Positions 50,301-63,150 of a stretch of 64,000 nucleotides of DNA are shown here, one piece after another. Both the position numbers and the translations under genes were made by a program. The notes beneath the pieces were generated by a model, which had not been told where the DNA came from, made no database searches, and worked only from the letters and a program-made list of their open reading frames with translations. The DNA comes from Caecitellus pseudoparvulus (Eukaryota; Protista; Bigyra: Bicosoecida). The first letter of the stretch is position 1. Each line of letters opens with the position of its first letter. Location: assembly GCA_965644315.1 (NCBI GenBank), contig CBFFRQ010000013.1, positions 1 to 64,000 of the forward strand, in the 5' to 3' direction.

Positions 50301-53300
50301 CGTACACGGCAATGTGCACGGTGGTCTTGGCCTCGTAGAACTCCGTGCCGGGGGAGAAGGACACCGTCTCACGCCCGAAGCCAATGGAGCGCCGGTCAAA
50401 GTTCTGCGAGCTGGGCAACTCGTCGCGGGTGGTGATGACGTACAGGTCAGGGTCGCCCGATCGAGGCGTGACGGTCACAGAGTACCCCTGCAGGGCGTCT
50501 GCTGGGAAGTCCACGAGGGCCTTGAAGTAAGCGTACTCGCCCTCCGCAACGTTGCCCTGCTGGGGAGTGCCGTCCACCAGCAACACTTCGCCTTCGGCGC
50601 CCACCTGGGCCACGATGGAGTACTGCGCAGCCCTGAAGCCGTACACTGACGTGTAGATGGTGCAGCCTTGCAGGCCTAGCGTGTCGGCCTGCTCAAAGCA
50701 GGGCTGCAGCGTGGTGGGGGACAGGTGCACCGTGTCATTGAAGAAGGAGATGGAGAAGAAGTCAAAGCCATTCTGGGGGTTGGGCATGGACACATCTGCG
50801 TTGATGGACACGTACATGTCCGAGTCCCCAGAGAACGCCGTCACTTGCATGGACACGCTGTCGGAGCGGGAGGTCAGAGTGTATGAGTAGTACCGGTAGT
50901 TCCCTTCGGCGACGCTGCCGAAGGACGGAACGTTGGCCGCCAGCGCAGTGATGCTATCAGACGTGGAGACGGTGATGGTGAAGGATGAACCGTCCGGCCC
51001 GTTCGTGGGCGGGCTCAAGATGGCCACCACAAACGTGTCTGCACCCGGCCACTTGCCGTTCACTTGAGAGATGGTGACAGTCCCTCCAGAGGAAGCTGCC
51101 GTAGACCAGTCCGCATTCACAACAGTGTACGCCCTGCATGCAGGGTCGGAGCACCGGATGGAGGGTTTGATCACGCCGCCATTGCGGACATCAATGTCGT
51201 TGCCGACGTAGCCAGCGGCAGACCCGCGCGTCGCGGCGACGGTGATGGAGAAGTTGGCGACATCAGGACCGGGAGTGAAGGAGTAGTAGGCAAACTTGCC
51301 CCTGTCAGCGATGCCGGAAACAGGCACGCCGGGCGACAGCACGGGTGTGCCGGTGGACGCAGAGATGGTGAAGGTGCTGGGGGAGCCCCCGAACGCGTAC
51401 ACGCCGATGTAGTACTTGCAGGGCAAGGTGCACGTTTTGGCGGCAGGGTAGTCCTTGTCGATGAAGATGGACTCGTACCCAAGTCCGTTGGACCTCCATG
51501 TGTACTGGCCAGCGCTGGGGCCTGGGCGCGTGTTGTTGGATGCGGTGTTCGTGACGTACATGTCGGCGTCCCCTGACAGCGGGTTCAGCGCGAAGGAAAT
51601 GTCGTCAGGGTTGTCCACGCTAAACACGAAGAACTCTGGGGACCCTGGCAGCACGTTGTCCCGCACTGGGATGCCTTCCTCCAGGTGTGTCAAGCTGCCG
51701 TGCTTGGCAGCGACGATGGAATACTCAGACTGAGTGTAGCCGTACACCATAATCTGCAGCAGGCAGGTGCCCTGCCCCAAGTGCATGCAGGACTGCTTGT
51801 AGAAAGTGTCGTTGCCGCGAATGGTGATGGTGTCCGTCCCAGAGAAAAGTGACAAGTACTGGTAGCTGGTCCTGTCCAGAGTGTCGTTGCCGAGGCGAGC
51901 GTACAGGTCGGAGTCGCCGAAGCGAGGAGTGACAGACACCTCGTACTCCAAGGAAGGGTTCAGAGCCGGGATGTAGGCAATGTAGTAGTTCCTGGCGCTC
52001 TTGTCCACCGTGTCGATCTGCGGGCGCCCGTCAGAGAGTAGAGTGGGGGACGTGCCGTGTGTGCGCGCCAGAATGGAGAAGGAGGCGCTGGTTGCAAAAG
52101 CAGTCACGCCGATGTAGTAGGTGCAGGGCGGGGAGCAGGCCCCCTGGTCTGTCGGGTAGATCTCGATGATGCCACCAGACAAGCTCGTCTCCGCAAAGTC
52201 CCTGTTCCCGGGGGACGGAGGCACGGTTCCGTTGGAGTTCACATACATGTCGGGGTCGCCGGCCAGCGCGGTGAGGGCAATGACAACAGCCGCATCGTCG
52301 TTGGCCACGTCGAATGAAAAATACGCGTACCCGTCAGACCCGACGTTGCCACGCTGAGGGATGTTCTCCACGAGCGACGTGTACCTGCTGGAAGACGCCG
52401 TCAAGTAGAAGTATGACGTTGTGAAGCCTTGCACACCCACGCGCACAACACAGTTCTCTTGCCCAGCGCACTTGTCAAACTGGTCGTCGCTCCAAGACAT
52501 GCGCACTTCGTCATTGCCCGTGGTGGAAATGCTGGCGTAGTCGTGGTCTCTCGCGTTTGGGGCCGGGCTGTCCTGCCCGATGTTGATGTACAGGTCAGGG
52601 TCGCCGGTCACTGGGTTCAGCGTCACCAGCATCTCATTCGTGGAGCGGCGCACCACCCACACAGCCTGTGCAGTGGTGTGCGGGGACACGTACCCGAACA
52701 CAGTCTGTCCATCCACAAGCACGAATGTCTCGTTGCCCTCCGTGACGGTAATAGCGAAGGAAGCGTTGGATGCGGCACCTGTCACGCCGATGTAGTACGT
52801 GCAAGGGCCGGGGCAGGCATCTGGGTCGTTGTGGTCGATTTCGATGATGTCCAAGTCGTCCCACGTGGAGGATCGGATGTACGAGGAGGCGTTGGTGAGA
52901 ACCGGGCGGGTCTGTCCAAGGTCCCCACGGCCCACCAGCATGTCTGGGTCGCCTGAGAAGGAGGTGAGCGCGAAGCGCAGATTGGCATTGGCCACATGGC
53001 TCGTGAATCGGAAGTAGTCATACAGCCCGGCGGACACGTGGTCGTACGTCGCTTGCCCTGCCGTCAGCTCCACTGGCGAGTCCTCAGTGCTGGCCACCAA
53101 GTCGAACGTCGTGTTTTGGAAGCCAGCTACGAGGACACGCACGGGGCAGGCCACGCCTCCAGCACAGTGCGCCCGGTACGCAGCATCACTCTTGTGGATG
53201 TAGATGTAATCACGGGATGTTGGGGAAATGGAGACGTACTGGAAGTGCGTCAGGGTCGGGTTGGTGCCATCCAGGGTCACGTACAGGTCGGCATCGCCAA

Positions 53301-56300
53301 TCAGGGATGTAAGGGACACTTCGATGTGTTCGTACTTGTCGTTGACAAGCTGCATGGCGAACAGCTGCGTCTCGCCCCGCTCCACCTGCCCTCGAACACG
53401 CTGCCCGGGCTGCAGCACTGTCGCAGTTCCGTCAGCCGTGCGCACTAGGATGTTGAACGTCGCTGCGTCTGTGCCCTGGTGGGGAGTCACGCCAATGGTG
53501 TACGTGCACGTGCTTGTGTCATCCTTGGGGCAGGCCTTCGCCTGCTGGGGAAAGGGCTGCACTGTGATGACATCAAAGCCATCCGAGCTGGCTTCAAAGT
53601 CGCTGTTTCCGACGGTGGGCAGGGTGCTGCCCGCGTTCAGCACGATGTCTGGGTCGCCTGAGCCTGTGGGAGTCACGGACACGGTGACAGCCTCGCGCTT
53701 CACTACGGGGAACGTGAAATACAAGTACTTGCCCGGCTGCACAGTCGCTGTGACCGACACGCCCTCAGTCAGTTGCTGAATGGCCGGCCCGATGCCGCCT
53801 TGGGACGAGGCAACCAAGCTGTACGTCGAGTCAAAGTCAGCACTGCCATACACGCCCACGCCGATGGGGCACGGGATGGCGGGGAAGTTGGGGCAGGCGG
53901 CCTTGAAGCGGGGGTCTGATGCGGGGACCGTCAGCGCATCGTCACCAAAGGCATTGAGACCGGCAAAGTCATAGTGCCCGGCGCCTGGCCCTGCCCGGCC
54001 CCTCGTCGTGTTCACCAGCACGTACAGGTCGGCGTCCCCCGCCGTGGTGGTGAGGGTCACGTCCAGGCTGGAGCGACTGCCGCCGAGGGTGAAGATGTAG
54101 TTGTCCACGGACTTGAAGGGGACAGCTCCCGACACCGGCACACCGTCCCGCAGCACAGCGGGGTCATCTTCATGCAGCCGCCCGACGATGGAGTACGAAG
54201 CGGACGTGTAGCCGTAGACGCCAATGGTGTAGACGCAAGGGACGCCCAAGCGAGGCTGGCACCGCTTGGTGTCACCAGTCTCGATGACGACGGCGTCATT
54301 GCCGAACCCAAAGCTGCCCCAGGTGAACGAGGTCATGTTGGGGGCGTGGTTGCAGGTTGCGGCATTGTACACGCCGTTGATGTAGCCGCAGGCTGAGACC
54401 ATGAGGTCCACGTCACCGACTTGCGGGGAAGTGGAGATGACGACATCCACTCCAGGCTCCTGCACGACGTAGGCAAAGTAGTGGTAAGCGTGCTCGGAAA
54501 TAATGTCCTGTGCCGGCACACTGGTGCGCAGCACCGTGGGGAGCAAGCCTGTAGCGGCTGAAATGGAGAACAGCCCGCCGCTGACAGCCCGCACGCCCAC
54601 CACGTACACACAGGAGTCGCATGCGAAGTCGGGGTGCACTTGCACAACCTCGGCGGTGGCAGTGTGCTGGGAAGTGAAGTTGAAAACGTGCTCCGTAGGC
54701 AGGTAATTCACACAGTCTCCCGAGGCGAGGTTGCTGGGGCAAGTACGGACGTACAGGAGCATCTCAGACTCAGACTCGAGAGGTGAGAGGGTGAAACGGA
54801 CGCTCTGCTTATCATCCGCGTCGGGGGAGGCTGTGAAGCCGTAGTACTGCCAATCCCCATCTGCCACATCGCCAGTTTGAGGGGTGCCTTGCAGGAGCGC
54901 ATTGATGGTAGTGTCGCTGGTGCTCTGCAGCGATGCCGAGATGGAAAAGGTCGTGTTTCCAAAGCCAAGCACGCCAATGTGCCACTGCCCTGCTGCGAGA
55001 TCGTCGCCGGTCAGGACGACCTCTCCGTCGCCAAGGGACAGGCTGTTCCACACGTCCGTGGGGTGCATGGCATACGTGGTGGCGGTCGGGTTCGAGTACT
55101 TGCGGGACACGTACAAGTCAGGGTCTCCAGTCAGCTTGCTGACTGAGATGACCAAGCGGTGCTGCGTGCCAAGGTTCGGCATGAGCGGCACGCCGTACCG
55201 GAAGAACGAGTACTCGCCGCCTTCCACGTGCCCCACCACCGGGGAGTTGTCCTGCAGCTGCTGCTCCACCGCGTCTGTCGTCACCTGCAGTGCAAACTCA
55301 GCTCGTGTGTAGCCGTACACTGCGATGTGCACCACACATGGGCCGGCAGCAGGGCAGTAGCAGCGGGCGGGGTCGCCAGTCACGGGGCAGCTGGAGCCAT
55401 CCGGCATGATGCGAATGGACTCGCTGGAGCCAGAGCCAGTCCCACGGTAGTCCCAATCAGAGGTGCTGGGGTCGTTGTTGCCGAACCGCATGTAAATGTC
55501 GGCGTCGCCCAGGCTCGTCGTCAGCGACAGCTCGATGATGGGGCTGCTGCCCGGCACGCCAGGCACGGTGAACTGGAAGTACGAGTAGTGGTGCAGCGCC
55601 ACCGACCCAGACTGAATCTGGCCATCCAACAAGTCCACATACTTGTGCTCTGTCGTCGTCGCCACGAGGGTGAAGTTCGCGTCGTAGTTGTTGTAGCCCG
55701 TCACACCCGCGATGAAAGCGCCGCCGCAGTACCCTGCGGCGTTTGCAGGAATGTGCACAGTGTCCACGCCGATGCTCACACTCCCCCAAGTATGGTGTCC
55801 GTTGGCTGAAGAGGGTGTGCCAGCGTCGTTGCCGGTAAGGTCCTGGTCAGCCTTGCATGCCACGAAGACGTCAGGGTCGCCGACAGAGATGGGCGTGACG
55901 TCGAAGTACACGTCTTGGGCCGGAGAGGGCGCCGGGAGCTCGAAGTACACATACTTGGTGGGGCTCACCACTCCCTCCACTGTTTGACCAGGTGTCAGAA
56001 TGGTGGCGGTGGCATCTTGAAAGTCAGCCGCCTGCTCGCACTGGTGCAGGCTGACTGCGCCAGGGCTCGCGCTGGCTCCGAAGACTGTCACGCCCTCGCT
56101 GCATGACGCCTGTGACGAGGAGGGGACCGAGGTGTGGTTGCAGCGCAGTTCGTACATGTCACAGGAGGGCTGTGCTAGCTCGCCACGCACCGTGTGCAGC
56201 GTCTTGGAGAACGATTCCGGGGGCGCAGAGCTGGGAGTGGCGTGGCGAGCGAAGAGTGCGGAATTGTGGGCAGCTCGCAGAATGCCGTCCTACACACCTG

Positions 56301-56631
56301 TCCGAGCCCAAGCGGAACAAGCAGGGCGCAGAAGAGATGAGAGGCAGTGAAGCCCGCAGCTCCGTGCAACTGGGGGCCTCGGCACTTGTCTGTGTGGGGC
56401 GGCGCACTCACGGGGTGCACGCAGGCAGTGCACTTCGGCAAAGGCTACCAACAGCGCCAGCCGCACCTGAAAAGCCAAGCGGCCGCCTGCAGGGAGCTGC
56501 ACAGGTGGCCCCTCAACCTCGAGATGGCAGACGTGGCCGCCGGTCACTTCACACGACGGCCGTGCCACAGCGCTGCGCAGAAGGGAAGCAACGCCAATGG
56601 CTGCGAGGCTGGCCAACGCCAGGCTTCGCAT
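47341..56631 (-). CDS. Giant (~3000 aa) type I membrane protein with ~20 PPC-like beta-sandwich repeats and an FN3-like domain
   Basis: Signal-peptide exon MRSLALASLAAIGVASLL at 56631; repeated G.V....Y.YF.F...GD(P/A/S)D(L/M)YV...Y.IGV.G units; GLVPNTAYEFAV; TM ITAVIVLSVLLAVVAVVAFVWWRRR. Confidence 0.85.
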
Positions 56632-57771
56632 GTTGCTGCTCTTGGGCGGAGAAATCCGTTCCAGAGGCTATCGAAACGAGGGTGACTCCAAAATCAACCA
56701 AAGCTGTGCTGGGTTGCATCGAGATCCTTTGGCGCATCCACTCGCAGTTCTGCAGGTGAGGGTGCAGACGGTGAAAAATGGGGCAAATCGACGAGTGTGC
56801 TGCGCGCCGCGCCAAGCACACTGACTGCGGCAGCAAACCAGAAAGCGACAAAAAAACCTCGCCAGTTGCGCCCACAATTAATCACGCTGGCACTTTTGTC
56901 ACTAAGAGCTGTTCTTAGTGCTCGTTCAGAGCGGCCTGCCTTTTCGCCCGCGCTGCGTTGGGGCTGCCAAGCTGGGCCGCCGCAGTATGCAGGCAACTTG
57001 GACTGAGAATGCCACTGGGCCTCAGCAGCCGAGAAAAGATGCTGACTTGCAGCTTACTATGCAAGAGCTTCATCACCTGCCACCTGCGACTGATATACAT
57101 GGCTTCCAAAGCACCAACCAGCGCCAGTCGTGGAAACGGCAAGCACACTCAGCAACGCGCCACACCCCGCCCCACGCTGACTGGTTGCCGAAACAATGGA
57201 ATCGTGCATCTTCCAGCTCTTCAAGCGCTCAATTCAGTGGCAATGACCGCCGTGGAAGCTTTGCTGAAGTGGTGCGTGCAGCGCGGAAATTGCTTTGGTC
57301 GTTTGACTCGGTGCGGACCTGCCCAACTTCTGGCAGCAGCCGGCTGGCTGCAGGAGCAATCTGTTGATCGGAGGGCATGATTCAGGCTCAATCATGCATT
57401 TGCCCTCGCCAGTATGCACGCTCTCGAGCGTTCGGCTCAACCTGGTTGGCTGACACGAAAAACTGTACCCTGGCTTCGCAGACGGCAAACACCACAGTAC
57501 CCGCCGGGCGCCCATCTAAACCACTGCACTCTAGAGCCAACATTGTGAGGCAGCTGAGAGCATCCATGAGTGAGGCGACTGTTGCGTGTCATGAGCCAGG
57601 CACGTCCCTTCACCGCAGGCAAGAAACAAACCCTTCCTAAACGCTGGGCCGACACCGCCGTGGGCGACGTACGGCCATGGCGGGGTGTCAGCCAGTGTCA
57701 CTCAAGCTTCGGATTCAACTTGTAGCTCAGAGTGAGTTGCGCAGACCGATGTGGGGGCAAGCAATGCGCCC

Positions 57772-59019
57772 ATGTCGCTTGCACACACCTCCCTCCACGC
57801 CTCGTGCAGGACTGGCGCCAGCTCAAGAAGTGAGTTGCTGAGGACCAGAAGACGTGCAACTGGGAAGCCAGAAGCAGATCCAGCCCTGCATGAAGGAGTG
57901 AAACCCTCCCGCGCGCGTGTTTGCAAGCCCCTTAAGCTGCCCTTGGCAGATGATCGAGCGCGCGACAAGCAAGGCGAAAGTGCCGCGCACAAGCGGCTAA
58001 AGACCCGCACAAGCCTCCTGAGGCAACGAAAGAAGAGCCTCAAAGCAGCGTCTGCACCTTTTGCCCCTGCAGTAGCCCAGGGTGTGCACGGAAACATGGC
58101 ACCCAAAATGGAGCACATTGCAGGGGACGGTAGCAAACCGTGGTACGCCCGAGGTCGCCCTCAGCAGCCTGCTCGGGGCATGCGCCTTGATGAGACGGGG
58201 CGGCCAATCATCAAGTCAGGGCTTCTGCCACAAGTTTCCGCGCCGGGAGTGGGCCCTGCTGCTTCGGCCCGCACGTCCAGCTTGGTAAAGCTCCGACACG
58301 AGCGCATGCAGCAGCACTTCCTGCCCCAGAATCCAACCAAGGTGAGTCATGTTGACATGACCAAAGCGGGAGAACGGACGCTGAAGCTGCCGTACACTAC
58401 GAACTACCGATGGAGCTCTGCAGTGCTGGATCACGAGAAGCTGACCGCGAAGTCAAGAGACTTTGGCACAGAGGGCACCTCGCCCCAGCCAGTTGACCAG
58501 AAAGAGTATGCTCCATTGTACTCTAGCTTCTCTGCAGATGGCATCTTCCGTGACACACTGGCACAAGGAGCAGCCTTTCTGTCCAGCACGTTGCACGCAG
58601 CATCGTCGGCTGGTCAGTCAAAGCCTCGCGTGAAGCGTACCGGGCCAGTGCACGGCATGTACACACTACTCGCGTCTGAGATGACGCCCGGCTCGGAAGC
58701 GACACATAGTTCCGGTCCTGACGTACAGCAGCAAGATCCTCGTCAAGCAGGGATGCTGGCTCTGACTCCCGAGACCCTGCAGCTGGTGGAGAGGCGTGCA
58801 TCTCGCGATCACTTTCTGGCCCAAGCAGAAGCCACAGCATCGCAGCGGCGCCAAGGCAGTCCCCAATCCCAGAACGGCACTGAAACAATGGATGCGCCGC
58901 CGGTGCAGGTGCAACAGTCAGTCTCCCCCGCTCGAGTGGAGGCACCCTCGCCGCGGGCCCCGAGCACGGGATCTAGAGTGAGGAGCGGGCCTTTCGGCAC
59001 CCGCCTACAGGCGCAATAG
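57772..59019 (+). CDS. Hypothetical low-complexity protein
   Basis: Long ORF with an ATG at 57772; no recognised domain. Confidence 0.55.
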   Translation: MSLAHTSLHASCRTGASSRSELLRTRRRATGKPEADPALHEGVKPSRARVCKPLKLPLADDRARDKQGESAAHKRLKTRTSLLRQRKKSLKAASAPFAPAVAQGVHGNMAPKMEHIAGDGSKPWYARGRPQQPARGMRLDETGRPIIKSGLLPQVSAPGVGPAASARTSSLVKLRHERMQQHFLPQNPTKVSHVDMTKAGERTLKLPYTTNYRWSSAVLDHEKLTAKSRDFGTEGTSPQPVDQKEYAPLYSSFSADGIFRDTLAQGAAFLSSTLHAASSAGQSKPRVKRTGPVHGMYTLLASEMTPGSEATHSSGPDVQQQDPRQAGMLALTPETLQLVERRASRDHFLAQAEATASQRRQGSPQSQNGTETMDAPPVQVQQSVSPARVEAPSPRAPSTGSRVRSGPFGTRLQAQ

Positions 59020-59130
59020 TTCAGCTCTGTGAAAACACCACGCTACCCAGGTATCCAATGTACGCTGCCACTCCACCAGCTTGAGAATTGCACCCCCTTG
59101 CACTCGCCCGGCAATCCAAGCCAGGCAGGC

Positions 59131-62100
59131 ATGGCCTCCCTCGCCAAATATGACAACGTGGCAGCGTCCAGGGCAGGGCAATCCAGTGGGCGGGTTCCCA
59201 CAGAGGTTACACTGGAAGCACTGTCAGCGTTGGGGATGCCAGTGAACATTCCGCTGACTGTGTGCCTGGCATCAGGGTGCGTTGCGGCGGAGTTTCACTG
59301 CCCAGTGACTAGTATGCATGGACTGTCCAAGCGCACATCTCCGCCACCGGCCGCAGCCACATCAGAGCAGTGTACAAAACCGGCCCTCTTGGGCAGGTTA
59401 TACGTGTCGGCCCGCTGGATTTGGCTGCTCGAGACCCCGTGGCGCACTTTGCGCACTTGGCAAGCACCATGCGCGGACGCTGCGATGTGGTGGCCGAGCT
59501 GGAGTGCTGGAACGCCGGCCAACCCACCCTTCTGGACAGAATCCCTCTGACGCTTGATCAAGCACGCGCTGTGCTGCTGGGTGATGCAACTCGTACACGC
59601 ACGGGCGGCAGCGTCGTCGCGAGGGCGCTGCGCACACATAGTGCTGTGCTGCAAGCCTTCGTCCTGCCTCGCTCAAGCCACAACGAGACGAGCCTTGCTT
59701 GTCTGGACATTCCAGCTGATAAAGCAGTGCTCTTTCAGGCGGCACAAAGGGCCAAAACCGTGCTGCAACACACCGGAATCCGCAGTATGAGCGCAGAGGA
59801 CGTGCACGTACGCCTGGTCTCCTGCCTGATGGGATCTGGTGTCCTCGAGACGAAGCGACTCAAGGTTCCCGTGCGACTTGAGGACTCCGGCCGGCATGGG
59901 CATGAAGTTCGAGGAGCCAGTTGGTCGTCCACGACAGCAGCGACGCTTGCGGCAGCAGGACACACGGCCTCCACTGCCGCAAAGCTTGGCGCCTTCACCT
60001 TTCCACCAGAGCTGGACGCAGGGGTACTGGACACAATGAGGCAGTATGCTGCGACTGCTCTCGCAGCATTCTCTGCCAGTGCTCAAGGGCTACCGTTTCT
60101 GTCAATCAAAGCTGTGCAGAAGGTTGATGCCGCAGGGCGGGTGGTGTTCCTAGGAGCAGCCACGCAGGTTCTTCCCTCGCCAGACAGCCTGGCCAGCATG
60201 GACGCTGCAGAAGTGTCTCACTTCACGAACAGGTGCATGCTCATTCCTCATGAAACCATTGATGGGGGTCCATCTGTTGCATTGGAACACTCCATGTCTC
60301 TGGTGGAAAGCTGCATTGAAGAGCTCAGGCCAGCGAGCAGAGTCGACGACGCTGATGAACAGGCTATCCCCCACAACGCAGGACAGACAGCGACGGCAGA
60401 TCCCCCAACACAAACCTCCAAGCCCCATACTGCACCAGTGTCCACCATGCCAGGAGTGCGTCGACAGACTGCAAGTTGCAGCGCTGTACAGAGCAAAAAG
60501 AGCGATGGGAAGGCGCGTGCAAGGCAAGTCAGCGCCAGAGCGAAGAGGACGGTGGCCCCCTTGGCCTCGGCTCGAGGGCGGGTGGTGAACAAGACATTCA
60601 CAAGTCACCCGGTGAAGGGACTGTTGTCAGGGGCAGCTATTTCACGAAGAGGCAGCGCTCAGAGCACCGGACAGGCCAAGCGGCCTATGTCCGCCAACGC
60701 CTGGCCGGACACACGGCGAATAGCGCCGCACCCCAGTCACCCACACATGGACACAAGAGATGTGATGTTCGTGCATGCAATAAAGACAAACGAATACTTG
60801 GAGGAGGAGGCCCGCACAGCAGCCTCGCAAGCTGGGGTTGGCGAGCAGGCAGCAGCTGCCTTGCAACGTCGCCGCCGGGCCTCCAGCGCAGGCGTTGATC
60901 CGGACATACTCGACGTGCTGGAAAGAGCTGGCGTGGATCTTAGTTCAGTGGACGCAATGAGGGGAGACTCTCTTCAGCCCGCTGCCATCAGCCGCATGAA
61001 CCTGGACAACCTCGGCCACATCGGCAACAGCACACGAAGACAAGCGACCCAGCACTGTGGAGTCACGCGACGGCAAAACAGGAATGCCACCACCCCCTCC
61101 ACTCATCCATCCGCTCCTGCCACAAATGCGCGTGAGCCTGCGGCACCAGGCAAGCCGAGGAACAGACACTGGTTGGCATCGTTCGGCGCAGATGCGGCGA
61201 CCTTGCCGGCCCTGCCTGGTACTGCACAGTGGCATCGAATGGGTGACGCGCCCGCAACCGGCAAGCGCGTAGAGCAGCAGGCACGCAGCCTGATGGCAAG
61301 CAGCAACACAAGCACTGCAGAGACACGCAAACTCCCCCTCCCCCAAGAGCAGCCAGGAAACGCAGGCCAAGAACTCCTTTCCCAAGTGGCCTCGCAGAGC
61401 ACTTCCACAGAGGAGCTGCTCGAGCCAACGTTCAGTAGCTCGCAGTTCCTTTCAATCCTGAGCAAGAGGGAGCACATGATAATCAATGGTGCCACGCGTG
61501 AGATGCCCCACACGTCTGCGCGCCACACCATTGGAGCAGGGCAGAGTCAGGACCGAGACATGCAGTCCACTTGCTCGGCAGCAAAGCAGAGAGGGATATC
61601 GGCCGGCTTTCCATACGCCGGCGCTCCCGGTGTACAAGTCGGGGAGGATCCAAGGCATTCTACTTCGACTTTGCAACGCATGGCCACTGGTACGCCTGGG
61701 GCCATAAGACAGCCTTCGGAAAGCACCCGCACGAAAGCTGCAAAAGCACCCACCAACGGCACCACAGACCGGAAGGCAGCAAGCATGTGTTCAGCTATGG
61801 GGCGGTTGCGCACACGCCACAGTGAGGCACTCAACCTACCTAAACGTGCGGTCAGGAGCATAGTGGCTGCAAATCAAAACGTACAGCGGCAAAATTACGC
61901 TGTGCATTCGCGACAAACAGGCGCAGGCGCAAAGAAGGGCCGCCCCAAAAGTTCACAGCGCAGACGCAGTAGGCGTACACCTGCAGATCTCGCACACACT
62001 GCCTCGTGCCCAGCGAAGCGCTCCAGTCGTCGCAAAGCACGCATGCAGGCGAAGCTCAAAGCTCGGGCAAGGCCTGCAAGCTCCCGCGTCAGACCCATCT

Positions 62101-62231
62101 CGGCACAGCTGTACAGCCGACTAGCGGGCAGCAGCGACTGGCCCTTGGCCGTTGCCGACAAGAGGGCCAGGGCGGTTTTCGGGGTGGATGCCCTGACCTT
62201 GCTTGCCGCAGCGCGAAGTGTCGGGACGTAA
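59131..62231 (+). CDS. Hypothetical protein (folded N-terminus, disordered basic C-terminus); probable intron ~59312-59370
   Basis: 953-aa ORF plus an upstream ATG exon that can be joined in frame. Confidence 0.6.
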
Positions 62232-62240
62232 GCCTGCCTA

Positions 62241-63035
62241 CTACTCGCTGCCCGCCGTGTCATCCACCTTCGCGTTGTACGCCACTTTTGTCTCGGAGTT
62301 CATGGGGTTCTCCGGGGCCTTGCGCCACAAAGCAGCCAATCGCTCTTTGTACTGCGTGCGGCGCAGGCCAGGCTGCTCCTCCTTGAGCGCTGCCATGGCG
62401 CTTGGCTCCCATGCTTTGTACGCAGCCTTTTGCCTGCGCTCCGGGTGGCGCTCCACAACCTCGGAGGCCTTCTTCGGGGCTGCAGTGGCCGCGAGAGCAG
62501 CGTCAATGCCGGTGGCCCACTCAGTCGATGCGCCTCCATCCGCTGCCAGAGCCGCCTGCAGGGCTGCCAACTCGGCCCTGGCCGCTCGCTTGGCAGCAAC
62601 CTTGGACAGGCCGCCTGTCTTGGTGCCTCGCTTGCGCACTCCCTTCATGGATGCGAGCTCCGCGTCTTCCTTCGCCTCCAAACTTGCCTTTTCTGCCTTT
62701 CTGGCTTCTCTCTCTGCAGCCTTCCTGGCTGCTGCTTCGGCCCTGCACGCCGCGAGCAGCTGGGGTTCCACGCAAATTCCGCAGACGACGAAGGCGCACC
62801 GCCCACTCACTTGCGGGAGGCCCTGTGGTTTGCACCTTGCGCCCAGGCTTCATCCTCAGCTTTGGCTTGGGCTGCGGCCGCCTTCTCCGCCTTGGCCGCC
62901 TGTGCGAGCGGGAGAGCGGGGACCATGCGACGCTGCGCTGGTTCTGCTGGCATGGACTGAGCTGCGCACTCGTGAAGCTGACTTCTGAGCCTTGGCCTTC
63001 AAGCCACGTGTGTCCTCCGCCCACTTCTTCGGCAT
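62241..63035 (-). CDS. CCDC124: CCDC124/Lso2 ribosome-associated protein, 2 introns
   Basis: MPKKW...; ATGIDAAL, ERHPERRQKAAYKAWE, EQPGLRRTQYKE..WRKAPENPMN. Confidence 0.9.
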
Positions 63036-63150
63036 GATGCTGGGCGTGGCTGTTCCAAGTGCACAGGGGTTGACGCTCTCGAACACCTTGTCAACGGATG
63101 GCAGACACTTTTCACAAGGTGCGTTTGAATTTGACCGCTCAATCCGGGAG

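Noticed and set aside
15375-56106. Numerous long antisense/overlapping ORFs (e.g. 24206-25771, 44580-46109, 38123-39388)
   Set aside because: Shadow frames expected from high-GC codon bias opposite well-supported genes.
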